A stretch of DNA of 64,000 nucleotides from Gammaproteobacteria bacterium (GCA_021151625.1 JAGKWY010000007.1:1095-65094); one strand, 5' to 3'. Numbered from the stretch's first letter, positions 38,963-46,367 are shown. Made by a program: numbers and translations. Notes: generated from the letters alone by a model not told the origin.

Positions 38963-40480
38963 ATGAATATTTTTACCAGCATCGCGATTTTTTTTACCGT
39001 GTGTACTATAACGGCCTGCGGTAGCGACTCCAACTCTTCCAAGAGTAACAAGACGGAGATAAAAGCCGGTGAAAAACTTTTTCACCAGGCTTTTGCAAAA
39101 ACTAACGGAAGATCTTGCGCAAGCTGTCATGTGGCTGAAGATAATTTTGCACTTACACCAGCACACGTGATGCGATTGTGGAATACCAACCCCAATGATC
39201 CTCTATTTGCTGCGATAGATGCGGACGATCCCACCGCAGAAGTGCTCACATTTGAGCACTTGAAAAAGGGATTGGTGCGCGTTCCATTAACCTTACCTGC
39301 GAATATGGATGTGATTGATGACCAGGGCAATGTCATTACTCCGGGGGATCGCACAATCACAGTGTGGCGCTCAGTCCCATCGATTGCCGATGTTGCAATA
39401 ACAGCCCCCTATCAATTGGATGGTCGGGCAACCACTCTGGAGGAGCAGGCACAAGGGGCCGTTACTGGTCATAGCGAAGGCGGCGATATTACACAACAGG
39501 AGTTAACACAAATCGCCGCTTTTCAGCGCAGTATTTTCACATCCGATCGATCCTATGCTGTCGCTGACATGCTAAAACTTGGGCTAAGCAGCAACCTGAT
39601 TCCGGATGTAGAAAGTGAATTATCATTAACCGAAGAAGAGAGACGAGGTCGCACGGTATTTGACGCCGTATGCGCAGCCTGCCATGGCGGTGTGAACAAG
39701 GCCACTATTGTTGATCGTGAAGTTCATGCGCAATCCTTCCCTGCCCTAAAACCCGACGGCACGGTTATTTATCAAACACCAACAACCAATCCTCCAACGG
39801 CTGTTTTAGCACCGCAAACACAGAATGAATTTATCAATGTTGGTTCGGCGGTTGAGAATTATCTGGTTCAAATAGGTGCGACAGAGCACGAAAGTTTTAC
39901 CAGGGATGTAGAATTTCCTCAATATCGTTTCCGGTTTTACACCGATGCGACCCGCAATCAAATTGTTGCTGATTTACCGCCCGCACCAGATGCCACAGAC
40001 AATAATCCAGCTTGCGGCGGCAATGACAATCAAGGTGGGCCTGACGACAATCCAGATGGCAATCCAGACGGCAATCCAGACGGCAATCCAGACGGCAATG
40101 GCGACCCCAATAATGGGGCAGGTATTCTGACACCGGTGTTTGATGCTGATTGCAACCCCGTGCATGGTCCAAATTTCACACCACAATTATTTACCACCGA
40201 TCCCGGTCGCGCGGCAATTACCGGCAACCCTTATGACTTTGAAGCACTCGATATTCCAACGCTTCGCGGCATATCAAAAACCGCACCTTATTGGCATAAC
40301 AATATTTCCAATACTCTGGAAGAAGTTGTAGATCTCTACAGTGATCACTTATTAGCTAAATATCCATCACTCACTCTCGAAGGCGAAAAAGAAGAGGACG
40401 ATGATGGAGATACAGGCCCACAGGAATCGCTTACCGCTCAGCAAAAAAGTGACCTGGTTGCTTATCTCAAGCGACTTTAA
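38963..40480 (+). CDS. Di-haem cytochrome c peroxidase-family lipoprotein with PDGN low-complexity insert
   Basis: Lipobox ITAC and two CxxCH sites (CASCH, CAACH). Also a CCP/MauG-like C-terminal region (TAPYWHNN). Confidence 0.7.
   Translation: MNIFTSIAIFFTVCTITACGSDSNSSKSNKTEIKAGEKLFHQAFAKTNGRSCASCHVAEDNFALTPAHVMRLWNTNPNDPLFAAIDADDPTAEVLTFEHLKKGLVRVPLTLPANMDVIDDQGNVITPGDRTITVWRSVPSIADVAITAPYQLDGRATTLEEQAQGAVTGHSEGGDITQQELTQIAAFQRSIFTSDRSYAVADMLKLGLSSNLIPDVESELSLTEEERRGRTVFDAVCAACHGGVNKATIVDREVHAQSFPALKPDGTVIYQTPTTNPPTAVLAPQTQNEFINVGSAVENYLVQIGATEHESFTRDVEFPQYRFRFYTDATRNQIVADLPPAPDATDNNPACGGNDNQGGPDDNPDGNPDGNPDGNPDGNGDPNNGAGILTPVFDADCNPVHGPNFTPQLFTTDPGRAAITGNPYDFEALDIPTLRGISKTAPYWHNNISNTLEEVVDLYSDHLLAKYPSLTLEGEKEEDDDGDTGPQESLTAQQKSDLVAYLKRL
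40049..40096 (+). repeat. 4 x 12-nt tandem repeat (AATCCAGA[T/C]GGC) encoding (NPDG)4
   Basis: Four consecutive 12-mers, three of them identical, inside the peroxidase-like CDS. Confidence 0.9.
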
Positions 40481-40598
40481 ATAGTTATTAACGACTCAGT
40501 GGGATCAGCAGAAGGTGAAGCTTATGAAGTTGAATTCCTAATTCATATTGGCATTTCGCGCGGGTTTTGAATGCTACGAGCAATACCATGAAAAACAA

Positions 40599-40634
40599 AA
40601 AGCTGCTGACAGGTTTGTATCTGTCAGCAGCTTT
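40599..40634 (-). terminator. Perfect 14-bp hairpin, probable terminator at the distal end of the cassette array
   Basis: AAAGCTGCTGACAG-gtttgtat-CTGTCAGCAGCTTT, followed on the minus strand by TTTTGTTTTT. The GTTTGTA loop resembles the attC core motif of the array. Confidence 0.6.
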
Positions 40635-40698
40635 AGTGAAAGCGACTTAACTTATGTTCGTCACTATCCATTACACTGAATCAAGAAGGGAAGTCTTT

Positions 40699-41190
40699 TT
40701 ATATACGAATTTTACTGTAATGTAGTTCATTGAAAGCAGCACCGTTTTTATAAATAGCTTTTTCCAACACTGCGTCTAAACGATAACCGCATTTCTCCAA
40801 CACCTTTGCAGAGACCCTATTATCTTCTATCACGGAGGCATACAACCGGATGAAATTAGTATTTTCAAATATCAATTGAGTAAATTTCTCTAGCGCCTGG
40901 GACGCAATCCCCTTACCCCAATAAGGCCTTGCAACCCAATAGCCTATTTCTGCAGTTCTCTGCCGCTCAAATTCACCCGGAATAGCGCCAATTGTGCCGA
41001 CCAATATTCCATCGCTAACAATTGCATAAACAACACCAATTTTACTGCCTGTATTTACCCACCAACGTGCAGATTCATTAGTATATGGTTGAGGAATTCT
41101 TGCTGAGAGAAACCGTGTTAAAGATTCGTCATTCAAGTACGAAACCAACAATTCTTCATCCTTTTCTTCAAACTCTCTAAACTCTAACAT
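40699..41190 (-). CDS. GNAT N-acetyltransferase (RimJ/RimL-like)
   Basis: EFREFEEKD...YWVARPYWGKGIASQAL...N.VSAKVLEKCGY pattern. ATG at 41190 with GGAG 7 nt upstream. Confidence 0.8.
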   Translation of the reverse strand: MLEFREFEEKDEELLVSYLNDESLTRFLSARIPQPYTNESARWWVNTGSKIGVVYAIVSDGILVGTIGAIPGEFERQRTAEIGYWVARPYWGKGIASQALEKFTQLIFENTNFIRLYASVIEDNRVSAKVLEKCGYRLDAVLEKAIYKNGAAFNELHYSKIRI

Positions 41191-41294
41191 TATTACTCCA
41201 ATAAGATCCTTATATAACAACATACCTTATTCAGGATTAGCGGTAGTATTGTACATAAATCGCCAGTCTCTCTTCCCAACGCTGAACGTCAACA

Positions 41295-41753
41295 TCAGGT
41301 TGCTTGCACCACCGTAAATTTTAATTTAGGCAACATTCTTTTCTGGGGCTCGCTATATACCTCCCCTACTTTTAATGCTCCCTTTTTTAAATAAAAACCT
41401 TCTGCATCAGGATCAGAAATAATGTAAAACTCTGCTATCTCGAGCGTTTTGCATTCTGCGAGAATCTGCTCAAAAACCAAATTGCCGTAGCCTTTGCCAA
41501 TGGCTTTTGGCAATAACCAAAAATGATCAAGCTCATCAGTATCACCCTTAACTAACGCAAAGAACCCAATCACTTCTGATTCCGCCATAACCAGCTTGAC
41601 TGTGTTACGAGCAATATATTCATCTTCAAATGTTAAGTTAGCGCGCCATTGCTCAAGCTGTTCTTGAGAATAACCCCAGTAACCTTTTGATGCGATCAAT
41701 GTATCTCTGAGAAGCTCGGCATGCCTTGCTTCTGCATCTATAAAATGGAGCAT
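41295..41753 (-). CDS. GNAT N-acetyltransferase
   Basis: 152 aa with acetyl-CoA loop LPKAIGKGYGNLVF. Confidence 0.8.
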   Translation of the reverse strand: MLHFIDAEARHAELLRDTLIASKGYWGYSQEQLEQWRANLTFEDEYIARNTVKLVMAESEVIGFFALVKGDTDELDHFWLLPKAIGKGYGNLVFEQILAECKTLEIAEFYIISDPDAEGFYLKKGALKVGEVYSEPQKRMLPKLKFTVVQAT

Positions 41754-41899
41754 GTATTTACACCTGGCGAAGCCATTGCAGCGTTCAGCCGCAGTTTGTT
41801 AGCTGACATTTTGCGGAACACTTTTGCACAAAAACCCGCAGGATCACCCCTAGTTAAACAAAGGCACAAAAGCTGCAACAACATCAAAACAATTTGTTA
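41754..41899 (-). repeat. Degenerate attC-like spacer after the HD-domain cassette
   Basis: Ends in AATTTGTTA, with the ORF stop TAA inside it. Contains TTCAGCCGCAGTTTGTTAGC, which matches the 44804 site arm. The GTTA-side core is not recognisable. Confidence 0.35.
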
Positions 41900-42421
41900 T
41901 ACGCTTTCTAAAACCTTCATACTAGCCGCAAAACGGCTAACATATATTTTTTCCAGGTTTTCGTTTGCCACGAAACATTTAGATGCCACTTGATACGACC
42001 ATTCTAAATATTCAACAACTCTTGCTCTATCCCAATCAGGCGGAATACTTGCAACGTTACTGCAATGATCGGCAAGTTTTATTAGTTTTACCTCCATTGA
42101 CGCCGCAGAAATATGCCTTAACTGCGCCTCACGCCTTTCTGAAAGAGATAAGGTTTTATCATCCGTTACCGATTCAATATAAAACAAGACCACCTGGCCA
42201 AATTCCTCAAGCAGGGTTTCCTTTTGTATTGCTGTATCTTCGAGAACATCATGCAGGATTGCTGCTTCAAGCACTCGGCAGTCATTTATTTGAGCATACT
42301 CTGACAATAGGTAAGCAACTTCGATTAGATGATTAATATAAGGTGCACCACCATCTCCTTTACGCTTTTGATCTTTGTGGGCAATCGAAGCTATTGATAG
42401 CGCCTTCAGTAATTTATTCAT
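41897..42421 (-). CDS. HD-domain hydrolase, RelA/SpoT hydrolase type (cassette-borne)
   Basis: IAHKDQKRKG...PYINHLIEVA...ILHDVLEDT. 174 aa. Confidence 0.75.
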   Translation of the reverse strand: MNKLLKALSIASIAHKDQKRKGDGGAPYINHLIEVAYLLSEYAQINDCRVLEAAILHDVLEDTAIQKETLLEEFGQVVLFYIESVTDDKTLSLSERREAQLRHISAASMEVKLIKLADHCSNVASIPPDWDRARVVEYLEWSYQVASKCFVANENLEKIYVSRFAASMKVLESV

Positions 42422-42432
42422 ATACGATCTCT

Positions 42433-42537
42433 AATCAGAGCTTGGTGCGCAACACTACACTCAACTGCAACTTGTAAGCTGTGTATGCGATGAACTTTAC
42501 GTTGCAGACATTAATTTTTAACTACAGTCGCTTGTTA
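42433..42537 (-). repeat. attC-like site (decayed core: CTCTAAT instead of CTCTAAC)
   Basis: Ends in CGCTTGTTA. The internal pairing CTGCAAC-TTGTAAG / CTTTAC-GTTGCAG shares the TTGTAAG/GTTGCAG motifs of the clear sites. It lies 12 nt from the HD ORF start. Confidence 0.5.
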
Positions 42538-42613
42538 TGGCTTGGAGAGTTAAATTAGTGTGAGCACTATACAATCAAATATCAATACGAACACAGCTAG
42601 CATTTATAAAACT

Positions 42614-42871
42614 CTATTTTTTAGCATTTAATGCAATAACTATTATTGCTAGAAAACCCAAGGGAACTGTGATTATTGCCAAATAACCTAGTGATACCAT
42701 TACTTCTACAACTGAATTAAATGAAGAAAATGCGCAACCACGTATACCGGCCGCCCCACTACTACAACCTAGAGCTGCACTTAATATCGCTGCTATTACC
42801 ATGCTAATTAGTGGGCTAATTGCTAATAGCAAAATTATACCTATAGCACCTTTCCTTGAATCAGATCTCAC
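42614..42871 (-). CDS. Small membrane protein (cassette ORF)
   Basis: 85 aa with three hydrophobic segments. GTG start with AAGGAG 6 nt upstream. Confidence 0.5.
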   Translation of the reverse strand: MRSDSRKGAIGIILLLAISPLISMVIAAILSAALGCSSGAAGIRGCAFSSFNSVVEVMVSLGYLAIITVPLGFLAIIVIALNAKK

Positions 42872-42987
42872 TCTCTACTCCTTATTTAATTATCCATAAC
42901 GAATGATATGAACTCCCACTCTAAACACGCAGTACGGTGCTGGCGTAAAGTTATCGGTGCTATCACAACCACCGGAGGAGCAACTTC

Positions 42988-43262
42988 ATGAATCTTACAA
43001 CACTCAGTATTGATTTGGCGAAAACTTCCTTTAGCCTTGCCGGCAAGGATCAACACAGAAAAATTGTAGTGTGCACTACTATCAAGTGAAATTCGAGCTA
43101 TGGCCAATAAGCGAAACCGAGTGCAATTCAGTGCAGACCGGGATGAAGAAACCTTACAAGAAACTCGTCGAGCAGGGTAAGCACAGGAAAGTTGCACTTA
43201 CTGCCTGCATGCGAAAGATGATGACGATTTTGAATACCATGGTGCGGAATAATTGCGAGTGA
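42988..43262 (+). pseudogene. Internally deleted IS110-family transposase remnant
   Basis: GGAGG-ATG, then MNLTTLSIDLAKTSFSLAGKDQHRKIVV (IS110 N-terminal signature) and an early stop. Downstream, YKKLVEQGKHRKVALTACMRKMMTILNTMVRNN matches the IS110 C-terminal signature. The catalytic middle is missing. Confidence 0.7.
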
Positions 43263-43278
43263 TAAGCCAACTAAATTT

Positions 43279-43318
43279 GCGTTGCAGGTATTGATTTTTT
43301 TACCGCAGTCGCTTGTTA
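43279..43318 (-). repeat. Partial attC arm abutting the IS110 remnant
   Basis: GCGTTGCAGGTATTGATTTTTTTTACCGCAGTCGCTTGTTA is about 80% identical to 42498-42537. The ORF stop TAA lies inside the TTGTTA end. Confidence 0.5.
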
Positions 43319-44125
43319 GCTTTGCTCAGACTCCACTACAACTACTACATAGTTAACATTTACGGACTGTTCTGGATTCTGTTTATTTAGAATATCTCGA
43401 ACATATTGTGGCGGCTTGTCGCGCACACCCATGACTGGTTTTTCAATCTGATTTTCAGTCCTAGTGCGCCTTCTATGAGTGACTATACCCATACCTGAAG
43501 TTAATAACTTCCAAACGCGTTCAGGAAGCGTGTAACCGCCATAGCCAGAACAACAAACTAAACAATGCCAAGGGTATGCTCCTTGTATAACTGACGCCAG
43601 ATCATTTTTTCCATTTTTTTGAAGCAACTCAATATGAGCTAGAGAAGTTATTGAACAACCATAAGACTCTGACACATGTCCAAATGTACGACACCTCGAT
43701 ATTGAATTAAGGAACTTTGGCTGAGAATAAAGATAAAAACAATACAAAGGAACAAGACCATCTTTTTGACATTCTCTCTTAAGCTTACTCAATTGATAAG
43801 TTTTTGCTTTTCCAGATTTGTAGTGAAGATGAGAAAATGTGTTTGATCCAAGATGAAGAATTTTTGCCTGTACGCGAACACCAAGCCATTTTGATTTTGC
43901 TACATCAGTAAACCACCACTCCCAATCAGCGCCATTTATACCTTCTTGATGCTTGCTAAAATTATGGGAAAAAACCTCTGTGGAATGCCTATCTTTTAGC
44001 TCAAGAATATTTATGTCAGTGAAAGTTTCTTCAAGTGGCTGATGTCCAACACGACGAGCGCGTCCGATTTGATCAAAGGTTCGAAAAGCAAGCAATCTAA
44101 ATGTTTCACACAGTGTGTTATGCAT
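43316..44125 (-). CDS. Cassette ORF, hypothetical; possible Mrr/PD-(D/E)xK-like nuclease fold
   Basis: 269 aa, ATG start. EGINGADWEWWF followed about 20 aa later by LGVRVQAKIL (a D...QxK pattern as in Mrr-type catalytic domains). Cys-rich middle and basic tail. The fold call is inference only. Confidence 0.6.
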   Translation of the reverse strand: MHNTLCETFRLLAFRTFDQIGRARRVGHQPLEETFTDINILELKDRHSTEVFSHNFSKHQEGINGADWEWWFTDVAKSKWLGVRVQAKILHLGSNTFSHLHYKSGKAKTYQLSKLKRECQKDGLVPLYCFYLYSQPKFLNSISRCRTFGHVSESYGCSITSLAHIELLQKNGKNDLASVIQGAYPWHCLVCCSGYGGYTLPERVWKLLTSGMGIVTHRRRTRTENQIEKPVMGVRDKPPQYVRDILNKQNPEQSVNVNYVVVVVESEQS

Positions 44126-44148
44126 AATTAATACTTTATTTTAATAGC

Positions 44149-44273
44149 TAACGCCGTGCTCAACGGCAGTTTGTAAGCGCGGCTTAGTGAATTACTTTTG
44201 CGCAGCAAAACCACAAAGCCGCGACTTACAAACTGTCCAGCGCACGTAGTGCGCGAGTTGCAGCACTTTGTTA
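44149..44273 (-). repeat. attC recombination site (125 nt)
   Basis: TAACGCCGTGCTCAACGGCAGTTTGTAAGCGCGGCTT ... AAGCCGCGACTTACAAACTGTCC ... GAGTTGCAGCACTTTGTTA. Long imperfect palindrome with unpaired bases on the 3' arm. Confidence 0.85.
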
Positions 44274-44275
44274 CA

Positions 44276-44782
44276 TCATTCGTATTTCTTCGCAAGATAT
44301 TTCACAAGGTTATGCCAGCGATCTGCATTTGACTCAATAAGCTCATAAGATTTTGGATGAGAAACATTCAAGAATATTAGATATGTTTTACCCACTTCAT
44401 AAGCTCCATATGCATTACAGTCTCCAGCCAGCTCACCATTTCCAGCTAATGAGCTTGCCCAAAAATCGAGACTTTCATGAGCGGAGAAGTCTGAATCAGC
44501 TCTGGTTTTTTGAGAAAAACCAAGCAGGTTAAAATTTATTGGTTCTCTTTGTTCGCGGGCATAAGGATTTATATAAAAATTAATGATCTCGAACTCAAAC
44601 TCTTTTAATGAATCGAACCGTGCCTTTTCCTTAGGAATTCTCTCCTTTACCGCTTTGGCCAATACGACACCGTCTGAAAGAAAGAACATTCTATCGGGAT
44701 TCAAAAAATACCGCTCAGGAGGGGAATAGCAAGCGTAGCTACTATATGAAAGTAGCATGATCATTAATATTAAGTATCTCAT
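44276..44782 (-). CDS. Cassette ORF, secreted hypothetical protein
   Basis: 168 aa with signal peptide MRYLILMIMLLSYSSYA. No recognised domain. Confidence 0.6.
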   Translation of the reverse strand: MRYLILMIMLLSYSSYACYSPPERYFLNPDRMFFLSDGVVLAKAVKERIPKEKARFDSLKEFEFEIINFYINPYAREQREPINFNLLGFSQKTRADSDFSAHESLDFWASSLAGNGELAGDCNAYGAYEVGKTYLIFLNVSHPKSYELIESNADRWHNLVKYLAKKYE

Positions 44783-44803
44783 TTCGTCCTCTGACTGCTG
44801 ATG

Positions 44804-44937
44804 TAACGTTCGGTTCAGCCGCAGATTGTAAGCGGCGCATTTACGATAAACTTCGCGCAGCGATTCGCTAAATGCGCTGCTTACAATCTGTCGAGCGTAA
44901 GCGCGAAGCGCTGGAGCGGTGTTGCAACCGTTTGTTA
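44804..44937 (-). repeat. attC recombination site (134 nt)
   Basis: TAACGTTCGGTTCAGCCGCAGATTGTAAGCGGCGCATTTA ... TAAATGCGCTGCTTACAATCTGTC ... GTTGCAACCGTTTGTTA. The upstream ORF stop lies in the terminal TTA. Confidence 0.8.
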
Positions 44938-45270
44938 TGTGATTTTACATTTTTGAAGAGCCATTGAAAAAGCCTGATTGCTTGTCTGCACAATACTACC
45001 ACTCTTTTCCTCGCACGAAATCCAGTGCGAAACGCCTGATAGAGAAAAGCTCTTTTCAGATTGTAATTGCAGCTCAGTTAGTGCTTGAAACACACGATGT
45101 AATATTTCATTGGCGTCTCTCAATAGTCTGGGATTGGTAACGCCTGCCCCCTTAAATTCATACGATTCTCTAGACATTACCGTTAGTTGGTGCCCATAGC
45201 TAAGCAAAAGCAAAGCCTTCTGGTTCGGATTTCGCTTATCAAGTTCTATTTGTATTTCTTCATTTTTCAT
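44935..45270 (-). CDS. Cassette ORF, hypothetical protein (111 aa)
   Basis: The ATG at 45270 (MKNEEIQIELD...) lies 14 nt from the attC core. The longer track ORF runs into the attC site. Confidence 0.5.
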   Translation of the reverse strand: MKNEEIQIELDKRNPNQKALLLLSYGHQLTVMSRESYEFKGAGVTNPRLLRDANEILHRVFQALTELQLQSEKSFSLSGVSHWISCEEKSGSIVQTSNQAFSMALQKCKIT

Positions 45271-45283
45271 ACTTGATTTCACA

Positions 45284-45391
45284 TAACGCCGCGATAAACG
45301 GTGGTTTTTAAGTTGCACTTTTGCCGTAAAATGAAGCGAAGCGGAATGGCAAAAATGCAACTTAAAAACCATCCGGTTGATTGCTTTGTTA
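45284..45391 (-). repeat. attC recombination site (108 nt)
   Basis: TAACGCCGCGATAAACGGTGGTTTTTAAGTTGCACTTTTGCC ... GGCAAAAATGCAACTTAAAAACCATCCGGTTGATTGCTTTGTTA. Near-perfect long palindrome with extra T and G on the 3' arm. Confidence 0.85.
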
Positions 45392-45402
45392 GAGCACTTA
45401 CT

Positions 45403-45840
45403 TCACAAGGCCAAATATAAATATAGCTTTTCCATGGGTATTCCCTTAATTCTTTGGCAAGGTTCATTTTCAGAAAACCCAAAGGAAAGCCAAAATGGTT
45501 CAGATGTGTACGGCTCACACTCGACTTTGACTTTTTTTATGTTTCTGCTTATAGCGGAGTTTAAATAAAAGTCTACTAACAGTTTTCCCATTCCTTGCAA
45601 TCTATGTTTGGGGTGAATGGAAAGTATGTTTATTGTTTCATATGGCTCCCATCCATGCCACGCCAAAAAACCAAGCGCTTCAGCATTATATTCAATTACA
45701 TACAGTGAGTTTTCTTTGTGCGCATGAAGAATAACCTCCCAATTGCAAAAGAAACCTTGTCCTGTCGCTCTTTGTTCGGCTTCTAACCAAAGTAATAATT
45801 GATTTAAATGAGCTGCGTCAGGCGAAGTTATTATTTTCAT
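45403..45840 (-). CDS. GNAT-like acetyltransferase (cassette ORF)
   Basis: 145 aa from the ATG at 45840. SIHPKHRLQGMGKLLV acetyl-CoA loop. The track extension enters the attC site. Confidence 0.65.
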   Translation of the reverse strand: MKIITSPDAAHLNQLLLWLEAEQRATGQGFFCNWEVILHAHKENSLYVIEYNAEALGFLAWHGWEPYETINILSIHPKHRLQGMGKLLVDFYLNSAISRNIKKVKVECEPYTSEPFWLSFGFSENEPCQRIKGIPMEKLYLYLAL

Positions 45841-45852
45841 AAAAGGGAGCTC

Positions 45853-45978
45853 TAACGCCGTGCTCAACGGCAGTTTGTAAGTTGTGGTTTTGTGGATTAC
45901 TTTTGCGCAGCAAAACCACAAAGCCGCGACTTACAAACTGTCCAGCGCACGAAGTGCGCGAGTTGCAGCACCTTGTTA
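45853..45978 (-). repeat. attC recombination site (126 nt), near-duplicate of 44149-44273
   Basis: Identical ends and 3' arm to the 44149 site. One 5'-arm segment is replaced (GTTGTGGTTTTGTGG). Confidence 0.85.
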
Positions 45979-46019
45979 TGCTTTTTTATTTCCGATAAGC
46001 CAAAAATCGAATATTAAAA

Positions 46020-46367
46020 TTAAATATCAGGGTCTAACGGTAGTTCTTCAGCGATAAATTCACCATTTTCAGCTCTACCGAATGCCGAACCAATAGGCGC
46101 TGAAAGATATTTAATAATTTCTGGGTCATAGTTTGCGATAGTGTTAACGTCATAAATTTCTAGATTATTAGGCTCGTCTACATATTCTTGGCTCTCAAGC
46201 CCAGAAAAGAATCGCCATCCACTGTCGATTTCATTGTCTGGATTTTCTCGGTACATAAACCCAACTCTATTTCCATTAACGGTAATTTCATCCGTTGCGA
46301 TACACGAGCCGAAACCCAATGCAATATCTTTAAATTCATTCGGCTTTAGTAAATATTTTTTATTCAA
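46020..46367 (-). CDS. DUF2185-like small protein (cassette ORF)
   Basis: 115 aa. CIATDEITVNGNRVGFMYRENPDNEIDSGWRFFSG...IYDVNTIANYDPEI matches my recollection of DUF2185. TTG start 22 nt from a GTTATGC core. Confidence 0.65.
   Translation of the reverse strand: MNKKYLLKPNEFKDIALGFGSCIATDEITVNGNRVGFMYRENPDNEIDSGWRFFSGLESQEYVDEPNNLEIYDVNTIANYDPEIIKYLSAPIGSAFGRAENGEFIAEELPLDPDI

Noticed and set aside
39897-40227. Several antisense or alternate-frame ORFs over the PDGN repeat
   Set aside because: They are generated by the 12-nt repeat periodicity. The + strand frame is continuous with the haem-binding domains.
40588-40650. 20-codon + strand ORF (MKNKKLLTGLYLSAALVKAT) spanning the 14-bp hairpin
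   Set aside because: It has no convincing RBS, and its sequence is mostly the palindrome itself. A terminator or attC-derived structure is the more economical explanation.
41224-41294. Possible short attC between the two left-most GNAT genes
   Set aside because: Only a TAAC (41215) and a weak CTGAA...GGTTG complementarity are present. This is too weak to call without a covariance-model score, so it is mentioned only as a question in the findings.
42886-43197. 103-aa minus-strand ORF across the IS110 remnant
   Set aside because: It is antisense to the recognisable transposase fragments, is Cys/Arg-rich with odd composition, and would run through the attC core at 42896.
44149-45978. Regularly spaced repeats that might be mistaken for a CRISPR array
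   Set aside because: The repeats are 105-134 nt long, internally palindromic and only about 60-95% similar. The intervening 340-810 nt segments are complete ORFs with RBS. This fits attC sites and cassettes, not CRISPR repeats and spacers.
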